Positions 55,014 through 64,000 of a stretch of DNA of 64,000 bases are shown here, piece after piece. Both the position numbers and the translations under genes were made by a program. The notes beneath the pieces are model-generated. The model did no database searches. It saw only the letters and a program-made list of their open reading frames with translations, and was not told the DNA's origin. Each line of letters begins with the position of its first letter. Position 1 is the first letter of the stretch. Where the stretch lies: NCBI GenBank assembly GCA_050013255.1, contig JBEKFP010000001.1, positions 1,152,001 to 1,216,000 on the forward strand, given 5' to 3'. The DNA comes from Candidatus Bathyarchaeia archaeon (GTDB lineage: Archaea > Thermoproteota > Bathyarchaeia > 40CM-2-53-6).

Positions 55014-57375
55014 TCATCTTCAAGCGGTTTTTCGCTTCCTCGATGAGTTCAGGCCTTTGTTGTTGGATTGCTCTCCAAACGTTCTCGGGTGACATCGGCA
55101 ATTTCGTAATCTGGACTCCAATTGCATGAAAGATAGCGTTGGCAATCGCTGGGGCAACACCAATCATAACAAGTTCACCTATGCCCCTAGCACCGTGAGG
55201 GCCGTCTTTCTGTGGAGTCTCAATAAGAATTCCGTCGATCTCACTAGGTACTTCTTTGGCTCTGAGTATCTTGTAGTTAGATAAATTCGGGTTCAGAACC
55301 CAACCTTGTTCGTCGAAGAGAATTTCTTCGTGAAGTGCAACGCTCTGTCCCATGATGAAGCCGCCATCAATTTGACCCTTCAATAGGAGTGGGTTGATCG
55401 CTTTGCCGACATCATAGGCCTGAGACGCCTTGATGATTTCAATGTCCCCCGTCAAGACATCAACTTCTACTTCGACGCCGGTACCACCGAACGTGTGGAA
55501 GATTGTGGGGACTCCCTGGCCCGTGTCGGGGTCAAGATAGGTCGTTAATGCTGACATGAATTTGCCCCGGCCTATGATTGGCCCTCCAATCGAACGTCCG
55601 TCTGGATATGTGTACCCAAACACAACCTCGCTGAGTTGTAGCCCGTGCCACGGAACACCGCTCACAAAGACCCTTTCGTCTGCTATCTCAAGCTCTTCGG
55701 GCCGCACTTTGAGGACTTGGGCTGCAACTTCCCTTATCTGATCCTTAGCATCCTTGGCCGCATCTATCAACGCGGCGCCATCAGTGAAAAGCCCGCGGCT
55801 ACCCACCGTCTGCCATGTGTAAGCCGACGTATCCGTGCTACGTACAAGCCCGACGTGAACCTTATCGAATGGTATACCCAATTCATCGGCGACGAGTTGG
55901 CAGAGCCCCGTAGGGGTGCCTTGGCCGAATGATCCAGTTCCGATTAGGAGATCGACTGAAACATCTTCATTGAACTTTATGATCGCAGAGGCAGCAGCGT
56001 TTGGTGGTTGTGCTGGACCCTTGAGGCAGAGTGCCATACCCTTCCCCCTGAATCTGCCTGGACGTGTGGGCTTCTGGGAGGGGAGCCCCCAACCGATTGA
56101 TTTGGCAACAGACTTTGCAACGCTCACAGGGTCTCCAGCGTCTTCGCGGAGTCGCTCTCCTGTTCCTGTTTCCGAGATTCCTGGTTTCAGTAAATTCTTC
56201 AATCTGATTTCGACTGGGTCGAGCTTTAATTTTTCAGCCGCCATATCCATGACGCGTTCCAGCGCCCAGTGGCTCTCTGGGTAGCCGAATCCTCTCATCG
56301 CACTTGTGGGGACTTTTGTTGTGTAAACTGCGAGCGACTCGCATTGGATGTTCGGGACCTCGTAGCATCCTTCGGAAGAATATCCGGCGGCTCGGCAGAC
56401 GTTCACTGTGTAGTCTGCGTAGCCGCCCGCGTCCATGACGAAGCGAGCTTTGTACGCGAACAGTTTCCCATCTTTCTTGAACCCCGCCTTAACAGATGCG
56501 TGAAATCCTTCTCTTACAGGTGCAGAGCAGAATTGTTCCTTTCTCGACAGGACGAGCTTAACGGGCTTGTAGCCTGCCTTCTTGGATAACAGTGCAACTA
56601 GCGGCTCCCACCCGATTCCAACTTTGCCCCCGAAGCCTCCTCCGCACAGAGGGGCCTTGATGATCACCTTGTTGACTGGAATCCCAAGCGAGAGAGCCAT
56701 CAGATAACGTGTGGAGAAGGGCGATTGGGTGCTCGTCCAAATCTCGACCGTTCCATCCTTCTTGTAATCGGCTATTATGGACTGTAGTTCCATGAAGCCG
56801 TGGCTTACATGTGGAATGTCGAATTCTCCTTCGATGATTACGTCTGCTTCTTGTAGGCCTCTCTCAGCGTCACCCCTCACCAGTTTGAATTGGTTCGCAA
56901 TGTTGGTGCCTGGGATAGGTTTGAAGGCGGGAGAGACTCGGTACTCTGACATCCTTTCATGTATTATCGGAGCATTGGGCTTCAGCGCCTCACCGGGGTC
57001 GAAGATGCCGGGTAACGGCTCATATTCCACTTCAACTTGATCGATACCGCGCTCAGCTGCTTCCAATGATTCTGCGATAACCGCGGCGACAGGATGGCCA
57101 ACCCACCGGACTTTGTCGACGGCGAGGACGTCTCTGTCGCCTACGTAAATGCCCAGCCTGTAAGGAAATTCGGCGCCCGTTGCAACAGCAACAACACCTG
57201 GCACGCTTTGGGCTTTGCTCGTGTCAACCTTGACGATTCTCGCATGTGCATGGGGGCTCGTTACCAGTTTGGCGTACAGCATTCCCGCGAGTTCGATGTC
57301 GAATGCGTAGGTTGCGGTTCCAGTGACTTTGAGGTAGGAATCATACTGAGGGATGGATTTTCCAATGTAACCCAT
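55000..57375 (-). CDS. xanthine dehydrogenase family molybdopterin subunit, copy 2
   Basis: KVTG-x-A-x-Y, SPHAHA, GGGFGGK, AMRGFG, GQG, GARGIGE. Confidence 0.95.
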   Translation of the reverse strand: MGYIGKSIPQYDSYLKVTGTATYAFDIELAGMLYAKLVTSPHAHARIVKVDTSKAQSVPGVVAVATGAEFPYRLGIYVGDRDVLAVDKVRWVGHPVAAVIAESLEAAERGIDQVEVEYEPLPGIFDPGEALKPNAPIIHERMSEYRVSPAFKPIPGTNIANQFKLVRGDAERGLQEADVIIEGEFDIPHVSHGFMELQSIIADYKKDGTVEIWTSTQSPFSTRYLMALSLGIPVNKVIIKAPLCGGGFGGKVGIGWEPLVALLSKKAGYKPVKLVLSRKEQFCSAPVREGFHASVKAGFKKDGKLFAYKARFVMDAGGYADYTVNVCRAAGYSSEGCYEVPNIQCESLAVYTTKVPTSAMRGFGYPESHWALERVMDMAAEKLKLDPVEIRLKNLLKPGISETGTGERLREDAGDPVSVAKSVAKSIGWGLPSQKPTRPGRFRGKGMALCLKGPAQPPNAAASAIIKFNEDVSVDLLIGTGSFGQGTPTGLCQLVADELGIPFDKVHVGLVRSTDTSAYTWQTVGSRGLFTDGAALIDAAKDAKDQIREVAAQVLKVRPEELEIADERVFVSGVPWHGLQLSEVVFGYTYPDGRSIGGPIIGRGKFMSALTTYLDPDTGQGVPTIFHTFGGTGVEVEVDVLTGDIEIIKASQAYDVGKAINPLLLKGQIDGGFIMGQSVALHEEILFDEQGWVLNPNLSNYKILRAKEVPSEIDGILIETPQKDGPHGARGIGELVMIGVAPAIANAIFHAIGVQITKLPMSPENVWRAIQQQRPELIEEAKNRLKMSGGN

Positions 57376-57528
57376 TTTCTAGGCCTCTCAATTTCGGTAG
57401 TTCAATACGATGCGTTGAGTTCTCGCTTTAACCGTATCGTACCTGAAGGACATTCAGGACCGGGTGTCTGTCTGTTTTGAACGTTACCTAACTATATGAA
57501 ACTCTCCTTCGAAGAATGCGCCCTCTTA

Positions 57529-58002
57529 CTAGTGTGGATTAATCTTTGAAGCGTCTAATATTGCGTTAATGATTTGCCGGTAGCCCGTGCATCTACAGAG
57601 GATTCCCTCAACGGATTCTACGACTTCTTCGCGGGTGGGTGACGGGTTTCTTTTGAGTAGAGCTGTTGCGACGAGGACTGCTGCCGGCGTGCAGAAACCG
57701 CATTGAAGTGCTCCATGCTCGATGAACTTCGTTTGAAGAGTGGAAAGGGCGCCTTCTTTGGTAATGCCTTCGATTGTTGTTATTTTGTGTGCGTTCGCTT
57801 CGACAGCAAGTACAAGACAGGATTTCACGGGCTCGTCATCAAGAAGGATTGTGCAAAGGCCACAATCACCACGTTCACACGCAGGTTTGGCGCCAGTTAA
57901 TCCAAGTTTGTGTCGCAGGATCCAAAGCAAGGTCTTGTTGGCGTCAGTTTCGATGGTGTGTCGTTTTCCGTTCACTGTCAGCTCAATCAAATGTTTCGTC
58001 AA
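57529..58002 (-). CDS. xanthine dehydrogenase family [2Fe-2S] subunit (CoxS-like), copy 1
   Basis: CERGDCGLCT, SCL, QCGFCTP, CRCTGY. Confidence 0.94.
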   Translation of the reverse strand: MTKHLIELTVNGKRHTIETDANKTLLWILRHKLGLTGAKPACERGDCGLCTILLDDEPVKSCLVLAVEANAHKITTIEGITKEGALSTLQTKFIEHGALQCGFCTPAAVLVATALLKRNPSPTREEVVESVEGILCRCTGYRQIINAILDASKINPH

Positions 58003-58003
58003 C

Positions 58004-58867
58004 TCAGCTAGCCTCCCACAATTGCTTCACCAATCTCCTGGTCAGAACTTTCACTAGGTTGACGCGGTATTCCTTCCCAGCTCTCACGTCCGTAATTGGG
58101 GAGACGGCTTTCATTACGACTGGTATGGCCTCGTCAACAAGTTCGTCGACTGGCCTGTCTTTCCTGAAGATTTTTTCGGCTTCAAAAGCTCGAACCGGTG
58201 TGGGCGCTACTGAAGCGTACGCAAGCCTGATTTCCTTCCCAGACCCACCGGTAGGAGCCGCGAGCCCGCCCACTCCGACCACTGCCAAGTCCTCACCCAT
58301 CGTTCTTCGAGCCTTCATGTAGGCGCTGATTGATTTCTCAGGAGGTATGGGAAGATCGATGGAAGTAACTAGCTCGTTACCGGCAAGGATGTTCTTCTTC
58401 ACGCCGGTAAAGAATTGATGAATTGGGACCTTCTTTGTGCCATCTTGCGTTGAGATGTTCACCGTTGCATTGAGAACCAAGAGGGCTGGCGCTGTGTCTG
58501 CTGCGGGGGAGGCATTGCAAATATTTCCGACCAAAGTTGCTCGGTTTCGAACCTGAAAGTCTCCGATGGTGCTCGCAGCTTCTCTCAGAATTGGGTAGTT
58601 CTTTGAGACCGCGTCATGACGAATTAGCCGATTCAGCGTCACACCGGCCCCGACCGTAAGCCCGGACTTATCGTTGAATGATAGGTTTTGAAGTTCTTTG
58701 ACTCTTTTGATGTCGATTAGGTATTTTGCGGGTTCCTGTCCGCCCCTTAGGCTGACTAGTAGGTCCGTCCCACCAGCTAGAGGTCTTGCATCCTTTCCGT
58801 ACTTGTCTAAGAGTGAGAATGTTTCTTGGAGGCTTTCAGGGCCGAAGTAGTCGAACTTTGGGAGCAT
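58004..58867 (-). CDS. xanthine dehydrogenase family FAD subunit (CoxM-like), copy 1
   Basis: AGGTDL, QVRNRATLVGNICNASPAAD, DVRA-x-x-EYR. Start at MLPKF. Confidence 0.94.
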   Translation of the reverse strand: MLPKFDYFGPESLQETFSLLDKYGKDARPLAGGTDLLVSLRGGQEPAKYLIDIKRVKELQNLSFNDKSGLTVGAGVTLNRLIRHDAVSKNYPILREAASTIGDFQVRNRATLVGNICNASPAADTAPALLVLNATVNISTQDGTKKVPIHQFFTGVKKNILAGNELVTSIDLPIPPEKSISAYMKARRTMGEDLAVVGVGGLAAPTGGSGKEIRLAYASVAPTPVRAFEAEKIFRKDRPVDELVDEAIPVVMKAVSPITDVRAGKEYRVNLVKVLTRRLVKQLWEAS

Positions 58868-58872
58868 GCATG

Positions 58873-61221
58873 TCACCTGTTTCTTGTGAGCAGTTCCGGC
58901 TTCTGTTTCTTGATTGCAGCCCACACCCGTTCCTGCCTCATCGGAAGGTCGAACAGCTGCACTCCCGAGGCATCGAAAACGGCGTTCGCAATTGCCGGAG
59001 GTATCGAGAGCATTGTAAGCTCTCCGATGCCTCTCGCGCCGTACGGGCCATCGGATTGTGGATTCTCGATTAATGTGACAACGTGTTCTTCAGGCATGTC
59101 TGAGGCTCTGGCAATTTTGTAATCGGTGAAATTGCTATTGAGCATCGCTCCGGCTTCGTTGTAGACGTAACCCTCCATCAACCCGATGCTCAACGATTGG
59201 AGCATCCCCCCGTACACCTGCCCCAGTACAAGGAGGGGGTTGATGGTTTTCCCTATGTCGAATGCTGAGGCGACTTTGAGAACTTCGATTTCTCCAGTGT
59301 CCGGATCGAGTTTAATCTTGACTCCCTGCGCCCCGAAAGTCCACTTCAATGCCGGAAATCCTTGGCCCGTCTCAGGGTCCAAGTAGGTTAGCCCGCGCGG
59401 AACGTATGAGCCACGCCCGATGACGGGGCCGCCTATTGCCGAACCATTAGGGTATGTGTAACCCATAGCGAATTGTTGAATGGGTATCCCTTTGTCGGGT
59501 TGCCCTCGTGGAAAGACCATTTCGTTTTCGAGGATTAGTTCCGATTTGGAAACCCTGAGGGCTTGTGATGCCATGTCGATGATCTGTTCTTTCGCATCCC
59601 GTGCAGCACTGATTACTGCCTTCCCTTCCATGAAGAGGTTCCTACTTGCGACTGTCTGCCATGAGTAAGGTGTCAGGTCTGTGATTCTCTCTGGGACGAC
59701 ACGGATTTTCTCAATTGGTAAGCCTAATTCTTCAGCAGCCATCTGCGCCAGACTGGTTGTCGTCCCCTGGCCGATTTCAGTTACACCAACGGCCAGGCTG
59801 GCGCTTCCATCTTCATTGAACTTTATGATGGCAGATGAGCCTGCATTCGGCGGCATCGCTGGGGCTTTCCAAAGGGCCGCGATACCCATTCCGTATAGCT
59901 TGCCGTCTGCGGCAGGCGGTTGTTTTCCTCCCCACCCAAGTTTTTCCGCAACCGTTCTGATGCACTGATCCACTCTCCCAGCGTCTTCCCTAAGCTTCTC
60001 GCCTGTAGCTGTAATCGAGCCTGGTCGGAGAGCATTTCGTAGCCGAATTTCAACCGCGTCGATGCCAAGCTTGTTGGCGAGGATGTCCATCTGACGTTCT
60101 ATTGCCCACAAGAACTCGAGATGGCCGAAGCCTCGGAATGCTGTTCCATATGGGTGGTTCGTGTAGACGGTAATTGAGTCGCAGTGAATGTTCGGAACTT
60201 CGTATGGGCCGGTGCAGGCGTATCCGGCAGCGCGGCCAATGTTGACGCCATAGTCCGCATAAGCACCAGCATCGTACACGTACTTTATTTGTTCCGCGAC
60301 GATTTTGCCTTTTGCGTCAACCCCTGTCTTGATCCATCCGTAGAATCCTTGCCTGAGTGGAGCGGTTGTAAGTTCTTCCTCTCGAGTCAAGGAGAGTTTG
60401 ACTGGGCGTCCTTCGGAAAACTTGGATAGCAAAACTACTAGGGGCTCAAAGTTGATGCCCGCCTTACCTCCGAAACCTCCGCCGACATGGGGTACGTGAA
60501 CGTTGATTTTTTGGAGTGGAATTCCAAGCGCGTGGCTCAGTATGTACCTAACCGCGAAAGGTGATTGGGCGCAGGTCCAGACCTCGGCGCTTCCGTCTTG
60601 GAAGTACTGGGCTATGCATGCGCGCGGTTCCATGGCCGCATGGCTTACTTGTGGCATTGAGAATTCGTTCTCAACGACAACGGTTGCGTTTTCGAAACCT
60701 GACTTGATATCGCCTTTGCGCACTTTAAAGATGTTCGCAATGTTTGTTCCGGGAATAGGGGTGAAGACAGGGGAGTGTTCGTATTGAGCCAAGTTTTCGT
60801 GAACTAGCGGTGAACCTGGCTTCAGAGCCTCGTTCACATCAAAAACAGGCGGCAGTGGTTCATATTTCACATCGATGAGGTCGATTGCTTCCTCAGCTGC
60901 TTCCTCACTTTCAGCCGCAACGGCTGCGACTGGCTCCCCGGCCCACCTGACCTTGTCTTTCGCCAGAACCATCTTATCACGTACGTACAAGCCCATTCTG
61001 TAAGGGAAGGCTTGACCTGTAATGGCGGCTTCAACACCTGGATATTTTTCCGCCTTCTTCACGTCGATGCTAAGAATGCGAGCGTGTGCATGTGGGCTCC
61101 GGAGGAACTTGGCGTACAGCATGCCCGAGACTTCTAAGTCCGCAACAAACTTCGTCGTTCCAGTAACTTTCTCGAACGCATCGACACGGGGTATGCTCTT
61201 GCCAACGTACTTGTAACTCAA
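58873..61221 (-). CDS. xanthine dehydrogenase family molybdopterin subunit, copy 1
   Basis: RVDA-x-x-KVTG, SPHAHA, GGGFGGK, AFRGFG, EIGQG, GARGIGE. Likely TTG start at 61221 (track start 61281). Confidence 0.95.
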   Translation of the reverse strand: MSYKYVGKSIPRVDAFEKVTGTTKFVADLEVSGMLYAKFLRSPHAHARILSIDVKKAEKYPGVEAAITGQAFPYRMGLYVRDKMVLAKDKVRWAGEPVAAVAAESEEAAEEAIDLIDVKYEPLPPVFDVNEALKPGSPLVHENLAQYEHSPVFTPIPGTNIANIFKVRKGDIKSGFENATVVVENEFSMPQVSHAAMEPRACIAQYFQDGSAEVWTCAQSPFAVRYILSHALGIPLQKINVHVPHVGGGFGGKAGINFEPLVVLLSKFSEGRPVKLSLTREEELTTAPLRQGFYGWIKTGVDAKGKIVAEQIKYVYDAGAYADYGVNIGRAAGYACTGPYEVPNIHCDSITVYTNHPYGTAFRGFGHLEFLWAIERQMDILANKLGIDAVEIRLRNALRPGSITATGEKLREDAGRVDQCIRTVAEKLGWGGKQPPAADGKLYGMGIAALWKAPAMPPNAGSSAIIKFNEDGSASLAVGVTEIGQGTTTSLAQMAAEELGLPIEKIRVVPERITDLTPYSWQTVASRNLFMEGKAVISAARDAKEQIIDMASQALRVSKSELILENEMVFPRGQPDKGIPIQQFAMGYTYPNGSAIGGPVIGRGSYVPRGLTYLDPETGQGFPALKWTFGAQGVKIKLDPDTGEIEVLKVASAFDIGKTINPLLVLGQVYGGMLQSLSIGLMEGYVYNEAGAMLNSNFTDYKIARASDMPEEHVVTLIENPQSDGPYGARGIGELTMLSIPPAIANAVFDASGVQLFDLPMRQERVWAAIKKQKPELLTRNR

Positions 61222-61287
61222 ATCTCGCACGCAGAAAGGTTCACGCTTATCCAAAGCCTTGTGCTTGGCGTAGACACTCAAGCTCGC

Positions 61288-61728
61288 CTATTGAGCAACC
61301 TTCTGGCTGACGCAATCGAGGGTCTGAGTGATGATTTTTTGGGCTGCGTTCTCGAGTAGGCCTTTAGCGATGCTTCCTAGGGGGCCACTTATCGTGGCGT
61401 CCGCAGCCCAACTCAATTCTGTGCCTTCAGGGACTGGGTTGCAGTTGATTGAAATCTCTGCTTTGAATGCGCTCGTTACGCCGGAACCATCCACCAGCAG
61501 TTTCGCATGATGATTTACAGGGTCTTCCTCCGTCACTCTACTGTTAACTCTGAACGATCCTTTGATGAATCCAATGCCTATCTTCGTTTTTGCCTCGATC
61601 TTTTTTCCCTCAGTTATCTTGTACTCCTCGACTCCGGGTAGGCACTGAGCGATTGATTCAGGCGTCGAAATGAAATTCCATAACTTTTCGACAGGGGCCT
61701 TTACAACCGCTTTCGATTCAAAATGCAA
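61288..61728 (-). CDS. coxG: CoxG/SRPBCC family protein
   Basis: LW-x-F-x-x-x-P-x-x-I-x-x-CLPG, IG-x-IKG-x-F, G-x-LGS. Confidence 0.88.
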   Translation of the reverse strand: MHFESKAVVKAPVEKLWNFISTPESIAQCLPGVEEYKITEGKKIEAKTKIGIGFIKGSFRVNSRVTEEDPVNHHAKLLVDGSGVTSAFKAEISINCNPVPEGTELSWAADATISGPLGSIAKGLLENAAQKIITQTLDCVSQKVAQ

Positions 61729-61891
61729 GAAGGAAACACGAACTTCGACTCGCCTAAGCGGCTATATTGCTGTGCTGTTCCAATCCTAAGGGTAAGAATA
61801 GCTTCACGCAGTGGATTCTATTACCGCTAAGCGCGGTACTTACACAGTTCTTATAAAATCCTGAACAAGAGCGTACAATCGATGATGAAGA

Positions 61892-62659
61892 ATGAAACTG
61901 ATTGACCTGTCACAACCACTCAACCAGGAAACGCCCTTCTGGCCGCTCTACCCACCTTTCGAAGTCAAGTTCATCAAGAGAAAGGCTGAGCATGGAGTAA
62001 ACGCCCAGTATATCATGACCTCAAACCACATGGGAACCCACCTTGATGCGCCCCTTCATTTTGTGACCGGAGGCAAAGACATAGAGAAGATCCCCCTCGA
62101 ACAGCTCTACGGACCAGGCGTGATAGTCGATGTCAGCGATGTTGGAGACCTAGGTATTTACACGCCGGATATGGTGGAAAAAAGAGTGCAGCTTCGCGAC
62201 GGAGACATTCTTCTCCTCCATACCGGGTTCCACAGATATTCGTGGTACCAGCCGCAGGGCATGGCCGACGAGGAGAGATACATCCACCGACACCCAGGCC
62301 CAACGAGGGAATGGGTGGATTGGATACTGGGACGAAAAATCAAGCTGTGGGGCGTCGACGCGGTCTCAACCGACCACCCAATGAACCTGCCCATAGGGAG
62401 ATTTCTGCCGAGAATCGCTCCGAAAGTACGCGCCTTATGTGAGAAGAAGTTTGGAAAGGAGAATGTGGACAAACTATTCCCGGAGGAGGATTACCAGTTA
62501 ACACACAACGCTTTGTTTCCACACGATTGCATCCACATTGAAAACCTCGGTGGAGATATTGAGAAACTGCTGAACAAGCGCGTGACAATTGGTTGCTTCC
62601 CTTGGAAGTTCCGTGGTGGGGAAGCTGCTTTTGCTAGGGTTGTCGCGTTTGTAGATTAA
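61892..62659 (+). CDS. cyclase family (kynurenine formamidase-like) metal hydrolase
   Basis: DLS, HMGTHLDAP-x-HF, GVD-x-x-S-x-D, H...IENL. Confidence 0.92.
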   Translation: MKLIDLSQPLNQETPFWPLYPPFEVKFIKRKAEHGVNAQYIMTSNHMGTHLDAPLHFVTGGKDIEKIPLEQLYGPGVIVDVSDVGDLGIYTPDMVEKRVQLRDGDILLLHTGFHRYSWYQPQGMADEERYIHRHPGPTREWVDWILGRKIKLWGVDAVSTDHPMNLPIGRFLPRIAPKVRALCEKKFGKENVDKLFPEEDYQLTHNALFPHDCIHIENLGGDIEKLLNKRVTIGCFPWKFRGGEAAFARVVAFVD

Positions 62660-62682
62660 AACGGATCATTCCTTTGTTTTTC

Positions 62683-62982
62683 TTAGCCTCCGCCCACGAT
62701 TTCCAAAACGTCAACGCTGTCTATCGTGACCATGTCGTGTTCGAGGAGTGGAGTCCTTAAGCCCTCTAGCATTTTGACGCTATGCCCATTAACAAGCATG
62801 ATTAGGTTGGCGCTCATCTCTTTCGTTCCTGGGTCGAATATGTAACGGCTGAAATCCGGGCCAATCCTTCGTGTGAGCTCCTCCAAGAGGTCACCAACGG
62901 TTTTTACTGTTTCAGCAACTTCGATTTCATCAGAACCTGCAGCCGTTCTTGCACGGCCATGCAATTTGACTCGTATTGCCAT
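62683..62982 (-). CDS. MoaD/SAMP ubiquitin-like protein
   Basis: Beta-grasp pattern (TV-x-DLL, LVNG) and C-terminal GGG. Confidence 0.88.
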   Translation of the reverse strand: MAIRVKLHGRARTAAGSDEIEVAETVKTVGDLLEELTRRIGPDFSRYIFDPGTKEMSANLIMLVNGHSVKMLEGLRTPLLEHDMVTIDSVDVLEIVGGG

Positions 62983-63282
62983 CACGCCCACCCACAAATA
63001 CTATGTCGACAAGGCTTTGCCGAAGCCTCCTAATTCGGTTAACGTTTGGTTTTCGCCTAACGACCAGCATTAACGTTAAGGTTCGAAATCGGCGTCTGCA
63101 TTTTGTCATGCGGCGGCTGCAGCGAATCTTGGGTTAATCTCGGGTTGTGTTGGCTCTCTCTGCCCGTGGGTAGTTTGCAAAAATAATGGGGACCCATTAC
63201 AGTATGAACTTGTGTTTCTCGGGTAAGAGCAACACTGCAAAGGCTTTAATTCAAAATGAGTGCCACCTCATATCGAGAAAAT

Positions 63283-64000
63283 ATGAAACAATCAATGACA
63301 GCGGTTGCTTTAATCGTAATGCTTGTCGTCGGAGTTGTAATCGGCATTTTCGTCGGGCCCTCTATGATGCCAAGTCAAGGCGGAATGAGTACAGTAACTA
63401 CAACGGTCGGCGGTGGTGAGGCTAACGCTATCGGGAAACTCAAAGTAGGCCTCATACTGCCAATAACGCCAGAAGACTATTCGTGGAACTACCAAGCGGA
63501 CAAATCAATCAAGTTACTGGGCAGTCAGTTTGGCTTCAACGCTACTGTAGCAGAGAACCTCTTTGATGGAACCAAAGCCGAACCCGTTGCCACTCAATGG
63601 GCAAGCCAAGGCTACAATGTGATCATCGGACAGGGCATCCAATACCAAGACATGTTCATCAAAATCGCTCCACAATTCCCCAACACCCTCTTCCTTTGCG
63701 TTGACTGCTTCAAAGGCGGCCATGACGGCACAGACCCAAGTAATGTTGGCGATGTCTGGTGGTACATGGCTGACGGCGCCTACCTAATGGGTCTACTAGC
63801 AGGAAACATGACCAAGACCAACAAACTGGGCTTGATTGGAGGTGGCCGGGTTCCCTCAATTTGGGCTGGCCACGAAGCTTTCAAGCGCGGAGCTCTCCAT
63901 TCGAACCCCAATGTTCAGTTCATCGAAACATGGATGCCATTCTCGTGGGCCGATGTGGCGGGAGCAAAGAAATCAGCAGAACAAATGGCAGACCAAGGCG
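63283..64000 (+). CDS. second BMP-family substrate-binding protein (3'-partial, absent from ORF track)
   Basis: Manual translation MKQSMTAVALIVMLVVG...LKVGLILP...DYSWN...GYNVIIG...AYLMGLLAGNMTKTNKLG...FKRGA...NPNV. Frame is open to the window end. Confidence 0.9.
   Translation, partial: MKQSMTAVALIVMLVVGVVIGIFVGPSMMPSQGGMSTVTTTVGGGEANAIGKLKVGLILPITPEDYSWNYQADKSIKLLGSQFGFNATVAENLFDGTKAEPVATQWASQGYNVIIGQGIQYQDMFIKIAPQFPNTLFLCVDCFKGGHDGTDPSNVGDVWWYMADGAYLMGLLAGNMTKTNKLGLIGGGRVPSIWAGHEAFKRGALHSNPNVQFIETWMPFSWADVAGAKKSAEQMADQG

Noticed and set aside
55000-61221. Aerobic CO dehydrogenase (coxLMS plus coxG)
   Set aside because: The active-site loops are AFRGFG and AMRGFG, not AYxCSFR (form I) or AYRGAGR (form II).

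Overview
Archaeal, roughly 50% GC by eye. The MvhADG-HdrABC genes, a VPEFP C-terminal sorting signal and frequent TTG/GTG starts suggest a Bathyarchaeia-like anaerobe (inference). No rRNA, intact tRNA, CRISPR array or intact transposase/integrase was seen. Five regions: (1) 1-5.9 kb, small accessory genes (two methyltransferases, nitroreductase, nikR-ECF S-fmdE, TMEM175) separated by an unannotated repeat family that joins a GTGTGTGTG/CACACACAC hairpin to a tRNA-3'-end-like segment with canonical T-loop-to-CCA spacing. (2) 6-21 kb, mixed genes: Zn-finger/PqqC-like plus TA0938 operon, M32 carboxypeptidase, alkA, a dead abrB-vapC pair, FrhB-like, PaaK-like, LigB-like, GT4/six-hairpin/GH130. (3) 21-33 kb, a redox supercluster: ferredoxin, FrdB-like, FrdA-like, hdrCBA, mvhDGA and protease, divergent from a 2-oxoacid:ferredoxin oxidoreductase. 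(4) 33-40 kb, C39-like peptidase, thiL, KDG kinase, DEAD-box helicase, acetoacetate-CoA ligase. (5) 40.7-64 kb, an N-heterocycle/nucleobase catabolism island: BMP-ABC transporter, two deaminases, UPRTase-like, GNAT, AllFGH/YahFGE-like genes, two xanthine-dehydrogenase-family trimers, CoxG, cyclase, MoaD/SAMP and a second BMP. Three Cys/His-rich microproteins below the ORF-track cutoff were found by manual translation. All family calls come from motif recognition; no searches were run.
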